From Candidatus Tectimicrobiota bacterium (GTDB taxonomy: Bacteria > JACPUC01), in assembly GCA_016192455.1 (NCBI GenBank), contig JACPUC010000010.1, forward strand, positions 90,856 to 154,855: a DNA stretch of 64,000 bases, written 5' to 3'. Positions 20,078-29,134 of this stretch are shown one piece after another (positions within the stretch are counted from its first letter, which is position 1; each line of letters starts with the position of its first letter). The translations under genes and the position numbers were made by a program. Below the pieces are notes generated by a model, which had not been told where the DNA came from, did not search any database, and worked only from the letters and a program-made list of their open reading frames with translations.

Positions 20078-20150
20078 AAAGCGGGGTGCGCGAGGGGGCA
20101 CTGCTCCCTCGCAGCTCTCCTGCTTAGAGCGCGCGGTTCGAGGAGCGGCG

Positions 20151-21497
20151 ATGCAGGTAGACCTCCAGAGCTTTCTGCGGGAGTACGAGAAGGAGCACCC
20201 GGAGGACGTGGTGCGGATCGATAAGGAGATCGGCATCGAGGAGGAGGTCTCCACCCTCTGCGTCAAGCTCGAGGAGCAGTGCCGCTACCCGATCATCTAC
20301 TGCACCAACGTCGTCAACCGCATGGGGCGCCGCTACGAGATGCCGCTCGTCTTCAACCTGCTGGCCAGCCGCAGCCGCTGCGCGCGCGCCCTGGGCTCGG
20401 ACGTGCGCAGCGTCGGGCGGGACTTCTACAACCTGTCGCGGCTGCAGACGATCCCGCCGGTGGTGGTGCGGCGCGAGGAGGCCTTGGTGAAGCAGCGGGT
20501 GCTGCGCGGCGAGGCCATCGACCTGTTCTCGCTGCCGGCCCTGGTGCACCATCGCCAGGACCCCGGCCAGTACTTCACCGCCGGTTTCCTCACCACCATC
20601 GATCCCGACAGCGGCGTCGACAACTGCTCGCTGCAGCGCGGCTGGATCGTCGGGCCGCGCACCATGCGCTGCCTGCTCAGCCCCTACTCGCACAACCGCT
20701 ACAACTACGACAAGCTGGAGGCGCGCGGCGAGGACACGCGCATGGCCTACTGGATCGGCCATCACCCCCTGGTGTGCCTGGGTGCGCAGGTGCGCCTCGG
20801 CTATCCGGAGAGCCACTACGGCGCCATCGGCGGCATCCTGCGCCAGCCGCTGCGGCTCGTCCCCTCGGAGACCCTCGGCAATGACTTCCTCGTCCCCGCC
20901 GACGCGGAGGTCGTCATCGAGGGGCGGCTCATCGCCAACAAGCGCGTGCCGGAGGGGCCGTTCGGCGAGTACACCGGTTACACCGGCCCGCAGGTGCCGA
21001 GCCTCGAGTTGCAGGTCTCCTGCATGACACACCGCCAGGGCGCCCACTGGCACGATATCTTTACTGGCCACGCCGACACGCTGATTATGGGCTCGTTCGC
21101 CCTCGAAGGAGTGACGTACGAGGCCGTGAAGCAGCGCGTGCCGTCGCTGAAGAACGTCTACCTGCCGCTCTCCGGCGCCAGCCGCTTCAACATCTACCTG
21201 CAGCTCGAGGGGGCGCGGCGCGGCGATGCCCGCGAGGCGATCATGACGGCGCTGCCGCTCGACTACCGCCACAAGCACGTCTTCGTCTTCGATGAGGACA
21301 TTGACATCTTCGACGAGCGGCAGGTGATGTGGGCCCTGGCGACGCGCAGCCGCCTGGACCGCGATATGATGATCTTTCCGAAGGTGCGCGGCTCCGTCCT
21401 TGACCCGAGCATCGTCGATGAGCTGACAACCAAGGGCGGCATCGACTGCACCATCCCGCCCGGCGACACGCGGCCGCCGCGCTACAGCGTCCGCTAG
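20151..21497 (+). CDS. UbiD family (de)carboxylase #4
   Basis: GAGGAG RBS; DLQSFL, EGPFGEYTGY and FDEDIDIFDERQVMWALATR. Confidence 0.92.
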   Translation: MQVDLQSFLREYEKEHPEDVVRIDKEIGIEEEVSTLCVKLEEQCRYPIIYCTNVVNRMGRRYEMPLVFNLLASRSRCARALGSDVRSVGRDFYNLSRLQTIPPVVVRREEALVKQRVLRGEAIDLFSLPALVHHRQDPGQYFTAGFLTTIDPDSGVDNCSLQRGWIVGPRTMRCLLSPYSHNRYNYDKLEARGEDTRMAYWIGHHPLVCLGAQVRLGYPESHYGAIGGILRQPLRLVPSETLGNDFLVPADAEVVIEGRLIANKRVPEGPFGEYTGYTGPQVPSLELQVSCMTHRQGAHWHDIFTGHADTLIMGSFALEGVTYEAVKQRVPSLKNVYLPLSGASRFNIYLQLEGARRGDAREAIMTALPLDYRHKHVFVFDEDIDIFDERQVMWALATRSRLDRDMMIFPKVRGSVLDPSIVDELTTKGGIDCTIPPGDTRPPRYSVR

Positions 21498-21564
21498 CGC
21501 CGGCGGGGGGCCCTGGAGGGGCCGATCCTCAGCACGCGGCCAGCCGGGCGGCGAAGGAGGCGAC

Positions 21565-22128
21565 GTGGAACACGAATTTCGGATGAAGCGCGGCCATCGT
21601 CTGCTCCTCGTGGCTCTCATGGTGGTGGTGGCGGCCTGCGTGGTCTACTTCGTGGCGCTCGCCCTGAGGCTGCTGGACTCCGCCACCCTCCTCGATCTGC
21701 CGCGCGACTCGGTGCAGGTCCTCTACGGCGCCTTCTTCCTCTATGCCATCCCGGTGCTCTTCCTGGTCCTCTACGTGCTCAGTCTGATCACCTTGCGTCT
21801 TACGTACAACGAGGAAGGGCTGGAGCTGCGCAGCCTCTTCCGCCGTTTCCGGGCCTCCTGGGCGGAGGTGCGCCACGCCTTCGTCATCAACCGCAACCTC
21901 CACGTGGCCACGCGGCAGGGGTCCTTCAAGCTGCCCCTCGGCATGTTCCGCGGCGACGCGGAGAGCCTGCGCCCCTTCATCCCCGGCGAGCGCTGGCTGG
22001 AAGGCGAGGCGGCGCGGCGTCTGCGCCTGCGCAAGCTCCTGCCCTACCTCCTGGGCTGCATTCTCCTGGCGCTGCTCCTCCTCATCTTCCTGCAGCGCTA
22101 CCTCAACAGCCTGCTCAAGGCGATGTAA
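21565..22128 (+). CDS. Membrane protein with a bacterial PH-like domain
   Basis: Three hydrophobic helices flanking LTYNEEGLELRSLFRRFRASWAEV; AGGAGG RBS. Confidence 0.6.
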   Translation: MEHEFRMKRGHRLLLVALMVVVAACVVYFVALALRLLDSATLLDLPRDSVQVLYGAFFLYAIPVLFLVLYVLSLITLRLTYNEEGLELRSLFRRFRASWAEVRHAFVINRNLHVATRQGSFKLPLGMFRGDAESLRPFIPGERWLEGEAARRLRLRKLLPYLLGCILLALLLLIFLQRYLNSLLKAM

Positions 22129-22218
22129 GCCTGGCGCGCCTCCAGCCCGGCCCGCAACCGCGCGGGACGCCTCCCGCCGGCCTCCCGTCCCACCCACCTC
22201 CATGCGCCGAGCCGATGA

Positions 22219-23205
22219 TTACCGCGGTTTGATCTTCGTCGAGGTGTAGAGCGCCGCGGCGTTCTTGTGGTAGATGCGCTCGCGCTCCTCGGCGCCGCAC
22301 GCGAGCCCTTCAATCACCTTCAAGGTGATCGGGTACTGCGCGTAAGGGTAATCCGAGCCGTAGAGCAGCCGGTCGGCGCCGAACATGCGGTAGCACATGT
22401 CCATCGCCTCCTGGTGGTAGGTGACGGTATCCAGGTAGAAGTTCTTGAACTGCTCGCTCACCGGCCCCTTGATCATCGACTTGCTGCCGGGCACCGCGGC
22501 GATGTTGTCGATGCGCCCCAAGACGTAGGGGATGATGCTGCCGATGTGCGGCAGGACGATCTTGATGCCCGGGAACTCCTCGAAGATGCCGGCGTGGATG
22601 ATGCGCAGCGCCGCAAGCGTGGTGTCGAAGAGGAAACCGACGCAGGCCATGAGGTGGAACTCCTGCATGCCGGCCATGTTGAGCGGGCGGGTGGGGTGCA
22701 GGAAGATGGGCAGGTCGTACTCGTGCATGCGGGCGAAGAAGGGGCGCAGTTCGGCATGGTCGACGGTGCGGCCGTTGATGTTGGCGAAGAGCTGCGCGCC
22801 GCGGAAGCCGAGCTGCCGGATGCAGCGGTCGAGCTCCTTCAGGGAGCTGTCCATGTCGCCGAAGCCGAGGGTGGCGTAGCCCCAGTAGTGCGCGGGGTCC
22901 TGCTTGATGATCGCGGCCAGGGCATCGTGGCCATAGGCGGCCATGTCCTCCGCCTCCTGGCCCCCCAGCAGCTCCGGCCCCGGCATGCTGATGCTGAGGA
23001 TGGCGACGTCCACGCCCCGCGCCAGCATCTCCTTGGTCTTCTTCTCCATGTCGATGAGCTGCGGGGTGAACGGGATGATCAGGCCGTCCGCCAGCTTCGA
23101 CCACCACATGCCGTTGCGGTGCTCGAACGTGGGGAGGCTGGTGCGCTTTGCCAACCGCGCCGCGAACTCCGCGGCCTGAAAGTGGTTCTGCACGTCAATT
23201 CGCAT
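22219..23205 (-). CDS. Amidohydrolase_2 (ACMSD/LigW-like) protein
   Basis: IDVQNH, PIFLHP, IVLPHIG, FYLDT and LLYGSDYP. Confidence 0.88.
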   Translation of the reverse strand: MRIDVQNHFQAAEFAARLAKRTSLPTFEHRNGMWWSKLADGLIIPFTPQLIDMEKKTKEMLARGVDVAILSISMPGPELLGGQEAEDMAAYGHDALAAIIKQDPAHYWGYATLGFGDMDSSLKELDRCIRQLGFRGAQLFANINGRTVDHAELRPFFARMHEYDLPIFLHPTRPLNMAGMQEFHLMACVGFLFDTTLAALRIIHAGIFEEFPGIKIVLPHIGSIIPYVLGRIDNIAAVPGSKSMIKGPVSEQFKNFYLDTVTYHQEAMDMCYRMFGADRLLYGSDYPYAQYPITLKVIEGLACGAEERERIYHKNAAALYTSTKIKPR

Positions 23206-23487
23206 GCTGCGCTCCTTCTCGCTGGCGCTGTCGCAGGTTTCTGCGGTGGGGTCCCCCGGGTGGTCCACGATGCCGCCCCAGCGGCGGCCTGATCGGCGGA
23301 GAGATGACTACCAGAGAAGCCCGGGGGACGCAAGGCGATGGCGGCGCGCGGCAGGCGCTCCGCGCCGCCAGGGCGCGACCAGGACGGACCGTTGACGGAG
23401 GCTCGAACTATCGCTAGATAGAGAGCTCATGCGCCGCCGCTCTCCCTGGAGCGTCGCTCACGGTCCCATGTCGTCAGGAGTGCCGCC

Positions 23488-24261
23488 GTGCCCTCGCCCA
23501 CCCCGCGCCGACGCGCCCTCCCCGCCCGCCTCGAGGAGCTCTTCACGATTGCGCTGCGGCTCATCTCGGAGAAGGGCTTCCGCGGCGTCACCATGCGCGA
23601 CCTCGCCCAGAGCATGGGGATCAAGGAACCGAGCCTCTACAACTACATCAGCGAGAAGGATGAGCTGCTGGTGCGCCTGCTGCGGCCCCACATCCGCCGG
23701 CTCTGCGTCTCGGCGCAAGCGATCGTCGACTCCGAGCAGCCTGGGCCGGCGAAGTTGCGCGCCTTCATCCGCAACCATATGGAGCAGTACCGCACGCATC
23801 ACTTACCGCTGACCATCCTTTTTCAAGAGAAGGTCTATCTGCTCAACTCGAAGCATCGCGCCTGGTACCGCACCTCGTCGCGGCGCTACGAGGAAATCTT
23901 GCAGCGCCTGCTGCGCGACGGCATGGCGCGGGGGGAGTTTGTGGAGGATGACCCGCGCCTCTGCGCCTACCTGGTGCTGGGGGCCTGCAACTCCAGCCTG
24001 AGCTGGTACCGCAGCGAAGGCTCCCTTTCGCTCGAGCGCATGATCACGCGCTTCACCGAGACCCTGGTGCGGGGGCTGCTGCCTGCCACGGGGATGCCGG
24101 AGGCGGCGCATCCCCCGGCGGCTTCTTCGGACCCTGCCGGAACGTCGCCGCGGAGGAGGGCGGCGCGGCGGCGCGGAACCACCGCCAGCGGCGCACCGGC
24201 AAGGCGCCGACGACCCGGGCGCGCTGCCGGCGGGCAAGGTGATGACGCAGGGGCCGCCTGA
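23488..24261 (+). CDS. TetR/AcrR family regulator
   Basis: ALRLISEKGFRGVTMRDLAQSMGIKEPSLYNY HTH and a KstR2-like C-terminus (WYRSEG). Confidence 0.9.
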   Translation: MPSPTPRRRALPARLEELFTIALRLISEKGFRGVTMRDLAQSMGIKEPSLYNYISEKDELLVRLLRPHIRRLCVSAQAIVDSEQPGPAKLRAFIRNHMEQYRTHHLPLTILFQEKVYLLNSKHRAWYRTSSRRYEEILQRLLRDGMARGEFVEDDPRLCAYLVLGACNSSLSWYRSEGSLSLERMITRFTETLVRGLLPATGMPEAAHPPAASSDPAGTSPRRRAARRRGTTASGAPARRRRPGRAAGGQGDDAGAA

Positions 24262-24496
24262 AGGCGCGGCGCCGGCTGGGCAGGGGTTGCGTCCCGGTGG
24301 GTCCGGCGGCTCGCCCCGCCGCCGGGCGCGCTGGAGCCGGGCCGTCCCGACCTCGTCCCGCTTTGACGAAAGGCGCGCGCCGTGCTATGAGCTGGAGAGA
24401 ACTATCGCCGTTTCACCATCCACACGTACGCTGCGGCGCCATCGAGCGTGGCCACGCACGGCGCCGAACAACGCTCACGTGACGAGGAGGGAGGAG

Positions 24497-25669
24497 ATGA
24501 AACTTCTATCCCGCGGTTTCGTTGGCATGCTGCTGCTCGGGTTCATTCTCAGTCTGGCGGGAAGTTCGCCGGTTCAGGCGCAGGAGGGCGAGGCGGTCCT
24601 TGGCCTCCTGCTGCCGACCACCGGCTTCGTCGCTTACTACGGCAAGCAGATGCGTCTCTCGGCGGATATGGCCGTGGAGGACATCAACAAGGCCGGCGGC
24701 ATCAACGGCAAGAAGATTCGCCTCGTCTTCTACGACACCGGCGGCAAGCCTGAGGAGGCCATCAACTCGACGCGGCGCTTGGCGACCTCCGACAACGTCG
24801 TGGCCATCATGGGGCCGATGACCAGCAGCGAGTGCCGGGTGGCCTATCCGCTGGCGAACCGCCTCGGCATTCCCATCGTCGCTTCGGCCTGCTCGGCCCC
24901 TGGGCTGGGCGCCGCCAACCGCCCGTGGGCCTTCCGCAACACCGTGCTCGAGGCGGACGTGGCCGCCCCGTCTCTCACTTACTGGGCCAAGAAGCACAAC
25001 GTCAAGAGCGTCGTGGTGTTCTACGATAACAAGGACATCGTCAGCAAGTCCTTCGGCCTGGAAGTGATGCCAGCCCTCCTGAAAGATAACGGCATCAAGC
25101 TCGTCGACTCGATCTCGGTGGTGACGGGAGATATGGACTACAGCGCCCAGGTCACCAAAGCCAAGTCGCTGAACGCGGAGGGGCTGGTCCTCTCCGCCCT
25201 GGCGAACGAGTCGGCGGGGATTGCCCGCGAGGCGCGCCGCCAGGGGCTGAAGCAGCCGATGTTCGGCGGCAGCTTCCTGGCCGGGCCGCAGTTCATCTCC
25301 AAGGGCGGCAGCGCGGTGGAAGGCGTGATCATGGGGAGCGGCTTCTGGCAGGATAACCCCGACCCGACCATCGCCGCCTTCGTGAAGCGCTTCAAGGAGC
25401 GCGAACCGAGCAAGGAGCCGCCACACCAGGTGACGGTCTATCAGTACGAAACGATCACCATCATGAAGTATTGTTCCGAGAAGACGGGCGTGCAGTTCAA
25501 GCCTGAAACGCTGAAACAAGACCGCGAGAAAATCCGCGATTGCTGGCAGAACCTGCGCAACCACAAGGTGCTTAGCAGCACCATGTCGATGATCGAAGGC
25601 GACGGCAAACGCCCACCCCTCATCATCGAAGTCAAAGGCGGCACCTTCGAGCTCCTGAAGACGAACTAA
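24497..25669 (+). CDS. LivJ-like ABC substrate-binding protein
   Basis: Signal peptide, then AVEDINKAGGINGKKIRLVFYDT and DYSAQVTK. Confidence 0.9.
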   Translation: MKLLSRGFVGMLLLGFILSLAGSSPVQAQEGEAVLGLLLPTTGFVAYYGKQMRLSADMAVEDINKAGGINGKKIRLVFYDTGGKPEEAINSTRRLATSDNVVAIMGPMTSSECRVAYPLANRLGIPIVASACSAPGLGAANRPWAFRNTVLEADVAAPSLTYWAKKHNVKSVVVFYDNKDIVSKSFGLEVMPALLKDNGIKLVDSISVVTGDMDYSAQVTKAKSLNAEGLVLSALANESAGIAREARRQGLKQPMFGGSFLAGPQFISKGGSAVEGVIMGSGFWQDNPDPTIAAFVKRFKEREPSKEPPHQVTVYQYETITIMKYCSEKTGVQFKPETLKQDREKIRDCWQNLRNHKVLSSTMSMIEGDGKRPPLIIEVKGGTFELLKTN

Positions 25670-25710
25670 GCCAGGAGACGAAGCCCCGGCTATCTTGAGG
25701 GGAGGAGAAG

Positions 25711-25807
25711 GTGGGGGATCATTGATCCCCCACAAATAGACCCCGCAACAGCTCGACCTTAGCTCAGAAGTCTCGACAGGGCAAGGGGATACGCAAGTAT
25801 CCCCTTG
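25711..25807 (+). terminator. Two hairpins downstream of the binding-protein gene (terminator or REP-like)
   Basis: GTGGGGGATCA-T-TGATCCCCCAC, and CAAGGGGATAC-GCAA-GTATCCCCTTG followed by TTT. Confidence 0.55.
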
Positions 25808-26037
25808 TTTCGTAAGGAGTAAGTCCGCTAACACCTCGCCTTGATGGTGGGCTGGAAGGAGACGAAGCAACACGAGCAGAGCCCCGGGTGGAGGAAAAAA
25901 CTGGCACAGAATCTTGCACAAACGACCCGCAAAAGACTCCTGGCGGTCGGGCCGAGAAGCCTGCCGCTCCGTCATGGGTGCACTGGAGTTGACCCGTTTT
26001 CGTGGACACGCGATGCTTTGAGCAGGAGGTGTTCACG

Positions 26038-26349
26038 ATGCCCAAGACAAGACGACCGTATCCCCCGGAGTTCCGCCGTCAGATGGTGGAGCTGGTGCGT
26101 GCCGGCCGCAGCCCGGATGAGCTGGCACGTGAGTTCGAGCCCTCCGGCCAGTCCATCCGCAATTGGGTGCGCCAAGCGGCGCGTGAAGCTGGCGCTGGCG
26201 ACGGGTTGAGCGCCGATGAGCGCCAGGAGTTGCGCCGGCTGCGCCGCGAGGTGCGGCAGCTGCGCACGGAACGGGAGATTCTGGCAAAAGCCGCGGCCTG
26301 GTTCGCTCGGGAGACCGACTCGCTCACCTCGAGGCCTTCGAGTTCGTGA
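26038..26349 (+). CDS. IS3 transposase OrfA
   Basis: YPPEFRRQMVELV, an HTH, and a leucine zipper ending EREILAKAAAWFA. Confidence 0.9.
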   Translation: MPKTRRPYPPEFRRQMVELVRAGRSPDELAREFEPSGQSIRNWVRQAAREAGAGDGLSADERQELRRLRREVRQLRTEREILAKAAAWFARETDSLTSRPSSS

Positions 26350-27194
26350 AGGCGCACCAGGTCCGCTATCCGGTGGCCACCATGTGTCGCCTGCTGGGTG
26401 TCTCCGCCAGCGGCTACCATGCGTGGCGGAAACGCCTGCCGTCGGGACGGGCGCGGGCCGATCGGGAGCTGACTATGCAGATTCGGGCCATCCACGCGCG
26501 CTCGCGCGGCACCTACGGGGCGCCACGGGTACAGGCTGAACTCGCCGCCCAGGGCATCCGCGTGGGCCAGAAACGGGTGGCGCGCCTGATGCGGGCCGCG
26601 GGCTTGGCAGGCGTCAGTCGCCGGCGCCGCGTGCGCACGACCACGCGCGGCTCCGCGGCTCACCCCGCCGCCGACCTGGTGGCACGCGACTTCACGGCAG
26701 CGGCCCCCGACCGCCTGTGGGTGGCCGACATCACGTATCTCCCCACCGGCGCGGGATTCCTCTACCTCGCCGTCGTCCTCGACGCCTTCAGCCGCCGCAT
26801 CATCGGCTGGGCCATGGAAGGGCACCGGCGCACCGAGCTCGTCCTCCAGGCGCTCGATATGGCCCTCCGCCAGCGCTGCCCGCGGGGCGTCGTGCATCAT
26901 TCCGACCACGGCACCCAATACACCTCCCTCGCCTTTGGAACGCGCTGCCGAGAGGCCGGCGTGCGCCCCTCCAGGGGACCGGTGGGGGACTGCTACGACA
27001 ACGCCCTGTGCGAGAGCTTCTTTGCCACCCTGGAGTGCGAGCTGCTGGACCGCCACCGCTTCCGCACCCACGGGGAAGCGCGGCGGGCGGTGTTCGAGTT
27101 CATCGAAGGGTGGTACAACACCCATCGTCGCCACTCGTCCCTCGGCCACCTCTCTCCCCTCGACTACGAAAGGACCTACTCACCTGCGGCCTAA
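26346..27194 (+). CDS. IS3 transposase OrfB (DDE)
   Basis: WVADITY, HHSDHGTQY and DNALCESFF; GTGA overlap with orfA. Confidence 0.92.
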   Translation: MKAHQVRYPVATMCRLLGVSASGYHAWRKRLPSGRARADRELTMQIRAIHARSRGTYGAPRVQAELAAQGIRVGQKRVARLMRAAGLAGVSRRRRVRTTTRGSAAHPAADLVARDFTAAAPDRLWVADITYLPTGAGFLYLAVVLDAFSRRIIGWAMEGHRRTELVLQALDMALRQRCPRGVVHHSDHGTQYTSLAFGTRCREAGVRPSRGPVGDCYDNALCESFFATLECELLDRHRFRTHGEARRAVFEFIEGWYNTHRRHSSLGHLSPLDYERTYSPAA

Positions 27195-27370
27195 AGGCGA
27201 AAGCTGTTTACCGTCTACGAAAGCGGGTGAACTTCACCCAAAGCCGCCTGGTCGAGACTGGTGATGAAATTCGGCCTGCGCCCTTGGCGATCCCGCAAGG
27301 AGGCGAATCACTTCGCGAAAGACCTCGACAACGTTGTCTCAAACGACGAAACCGGGTCAACTCCCTCTCA

Positions 27371-29134
27371 TCACCATTGGGTGCGTTCGAGCAGCTTCAT
27401 GAAATTCCGCTTGGGCTTGTGCGCCGCGCGGACCGACGCGAGGTATTGCGCAAACTCGGACTCCCGGCCCAGACGCGCCATCAACTCCTGGACCTTCTTC
27501 AGCAGCCCGACGGCCTCCCGGTACGCTTCGTTGTTCTTCCGGCTCAGCGTGGGCTCGATCCGCCGCTGGTAGAGCGGCAGGGCGTCCTCAGGATGGCTCT
27601 TCTCTCGTTTCTTGGCGAGCTCCATCCACTGGTCGTCGGCGCAGCCGCCCTCGGTGGCCTCCCGCCAGGCCGCCTTGATGTCCTTCTCCCAGAGGAAGAC
27701 CCGCACGAGTTCCGTGTGGTCCGACCGCCGCTCCCAGGCCCATCGGTCGCCGCTGGCCTGGCGCTTCGCCGCGGCGATTGATTGCCGAAGGAGATCCAGC
27801 GCCTTCGCTCGCCACGTCGTCCACTGGCCGATCTTGTCGGCGTGGCGTTTCAGGTTTTGGTACCGGTCGAGTGTGGGCGACTCCGCGAACTCTGCCCAGG
27901 CGAGGGCCATCGCGTCGTCGTGGCGCCCGCGGCGGTGATACTCGGCGGCCAGGAACTCCCGCAGCCGCGGGTCGGTCCGCGTGGGGAAGGCCGTGACGCC
28001 GCGCTCCGCCCAGTCGAGCGCCAAGTCGTGCTTCCCGGCCTGCTGGTACGTCTCGGCGATCTGGAGATAGTCGTAGGCCGTGGAGAGGTCGCGGGTCTTG
28101 ACCGCGACGACCGCCTCCACGTCGCCCGTCCGCCGCGCCAGCGTCTCCATGATGTGGGTGATGCGGAAGCGTGTTCCATACTTCGCCGGGTCGTCGCGGC
28201 CGGGGCCGAGGGGGCGCACCTTGGCCCATTCGGCCTCCGCCAGCGTCCGGTACACTGCCAGTCCCTTCTCGCCGAGAACATCCGCGTAGGTGTCCGCCGC
28301 GCCGTAGAAGGTGTCCCACTCGGCGCGCAGCTCCCACGCGAAGAGGCGCCTGGCCAGCTCTTCAGGGTCGGGCATAGCTTTCCGGCACGCCTTGAGGTGG
28401 AGCTCCTGCAGGCGTTCAAGGATGCCGCCCATGTGGCCGTCCGAATCGTCGACGGACTCGATCGCCGCTTCCACGTCTTCCAGCGCATGCTCGGTCAGGT
28501 CGATGACCTCGGAGGCATATCCCCCTTTGAGGATGTCCTCTACCGCATCGATCACTTCTTCAATCCGCGAAGCGTAGTCGTAGGCGCCCCGGTAATCGAC
28601 GAAGCCGCCCCCATCCACGGCCTCATCGATCGCCAGCCGATAGGTGGCGAGGTCGAGCCCCTTGGCACGCTCCTTCGCGGCCTTCATGAGCAGCCGCTGG
28701 CGCAGTCGATCGTCGTCCATGCCTTGCTCCATGAGCAGGTCGACGAGCGCATTCTTGTCCTGACCGGCGAGGTAGGCGCGGACATCCTTCATGGTCACCA
28801 CTGGCTTGGCGAGTTTCTTTTCCCCGGCGTGATCCGGTCGCGCTTGGTCCAGCCACGCCAAGCCCACGGCCACGCAGTGCTTGCAGAAGGCGCCGTCCTG
28901 GCCAACCGGACAGGTGCACGAGTACCGGACCTTGCCGTCTTCGATCCAAAACTTGACCCGATACGGCAGGGTCCCCCGAACCTTCGCGGTGACCGTTCCC
29001 CCATGCTCGGCCAGGGATCCGACCCGCCCGCCGGCGAAATACCCTTCGCCGCGCTCGAATGACCGCGCCCCCGCCGCGCGTTGGAGCATGCGGCGATCCA
29101 GGACTGCCGTGAGGTCCCGTGCCTTCGACGTCAT
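27371..29134 (-). CDS. SWIM zinc-finger protein with a helical/TPR-like C-terminus
   Basis: SFERGEGY..VRGT..Y and CTCP..FCKHCVAV (SWIM CxC..CxH). Its start overlaps the cas6 stop (ATGA 29134-29131). Confidence 0.85.
   Translation of the reverse strand: MTSKARDLTAVLDRRMLQRAAGARSFERGEGYFAGGRVGSLAEHGGTVTAKVRGTLPYRVKFWIEDGKVRYSCTCPVGQDGAFCKHCVAVGLAWLDQARPDHAGEKKLAKPVVTMKDVRAYLAGQDKNALVDLLMEQGMDDDRLRQRLLMKAAKERAKGLDLATYRLAIDEAVDGGGFVDYRGAYDYASRIEEVIDAVEDILKGGYASEVIDLTEHALEDVEAAIESVDDSDGHMGGILERLQELHLKACRKAMPDPEELARRLFAWELRAEWDTFYGAADTYADVLGEKGLAVYRTLAEAEWAKVRPLGPGRDDPAKYGTRFRITHIMETLARRTGDVEAVVAVKTRDLSTAYDYLQIAETYQQAGKHDLALDWAERGVTAFPTRTDPRLREFLAAEYHRRGRHDDAMALAWAEFAESPTLDRYQNLKRHADKIGQWTTWRAKALDLLRQSIAAAKRQASGDRWAWERRSDHTELVRVFLWEKDIKAAWREATEGGCADDQWMELAKKREKSHPEDALPLYQRRIEPTLSRKNNEAYREAVGLLKKVQELMARLGRESEFAQYLASVRAAHKPKRNFMKLLERTQW

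Larger units (their letters stand above)
25984..27236 (+). mobile_element. IS3 family insertion sequence (1253 bp)
   Basis: TG...CA ends; imperfect IRs TGGAGTTGACCCGTTTTCGTGGAC and reverse-complement TGAAGTTCACCCGCTTTCGTAGAC; orfA and orfB inside. Confidence 0.92.

Noticed and set aside
25902-25918. Sigma-54-like promoter TGGCACAGAATCTTGCA
   Set aside because: The GG-to-GC spacing is 11 nt, not the required 10.
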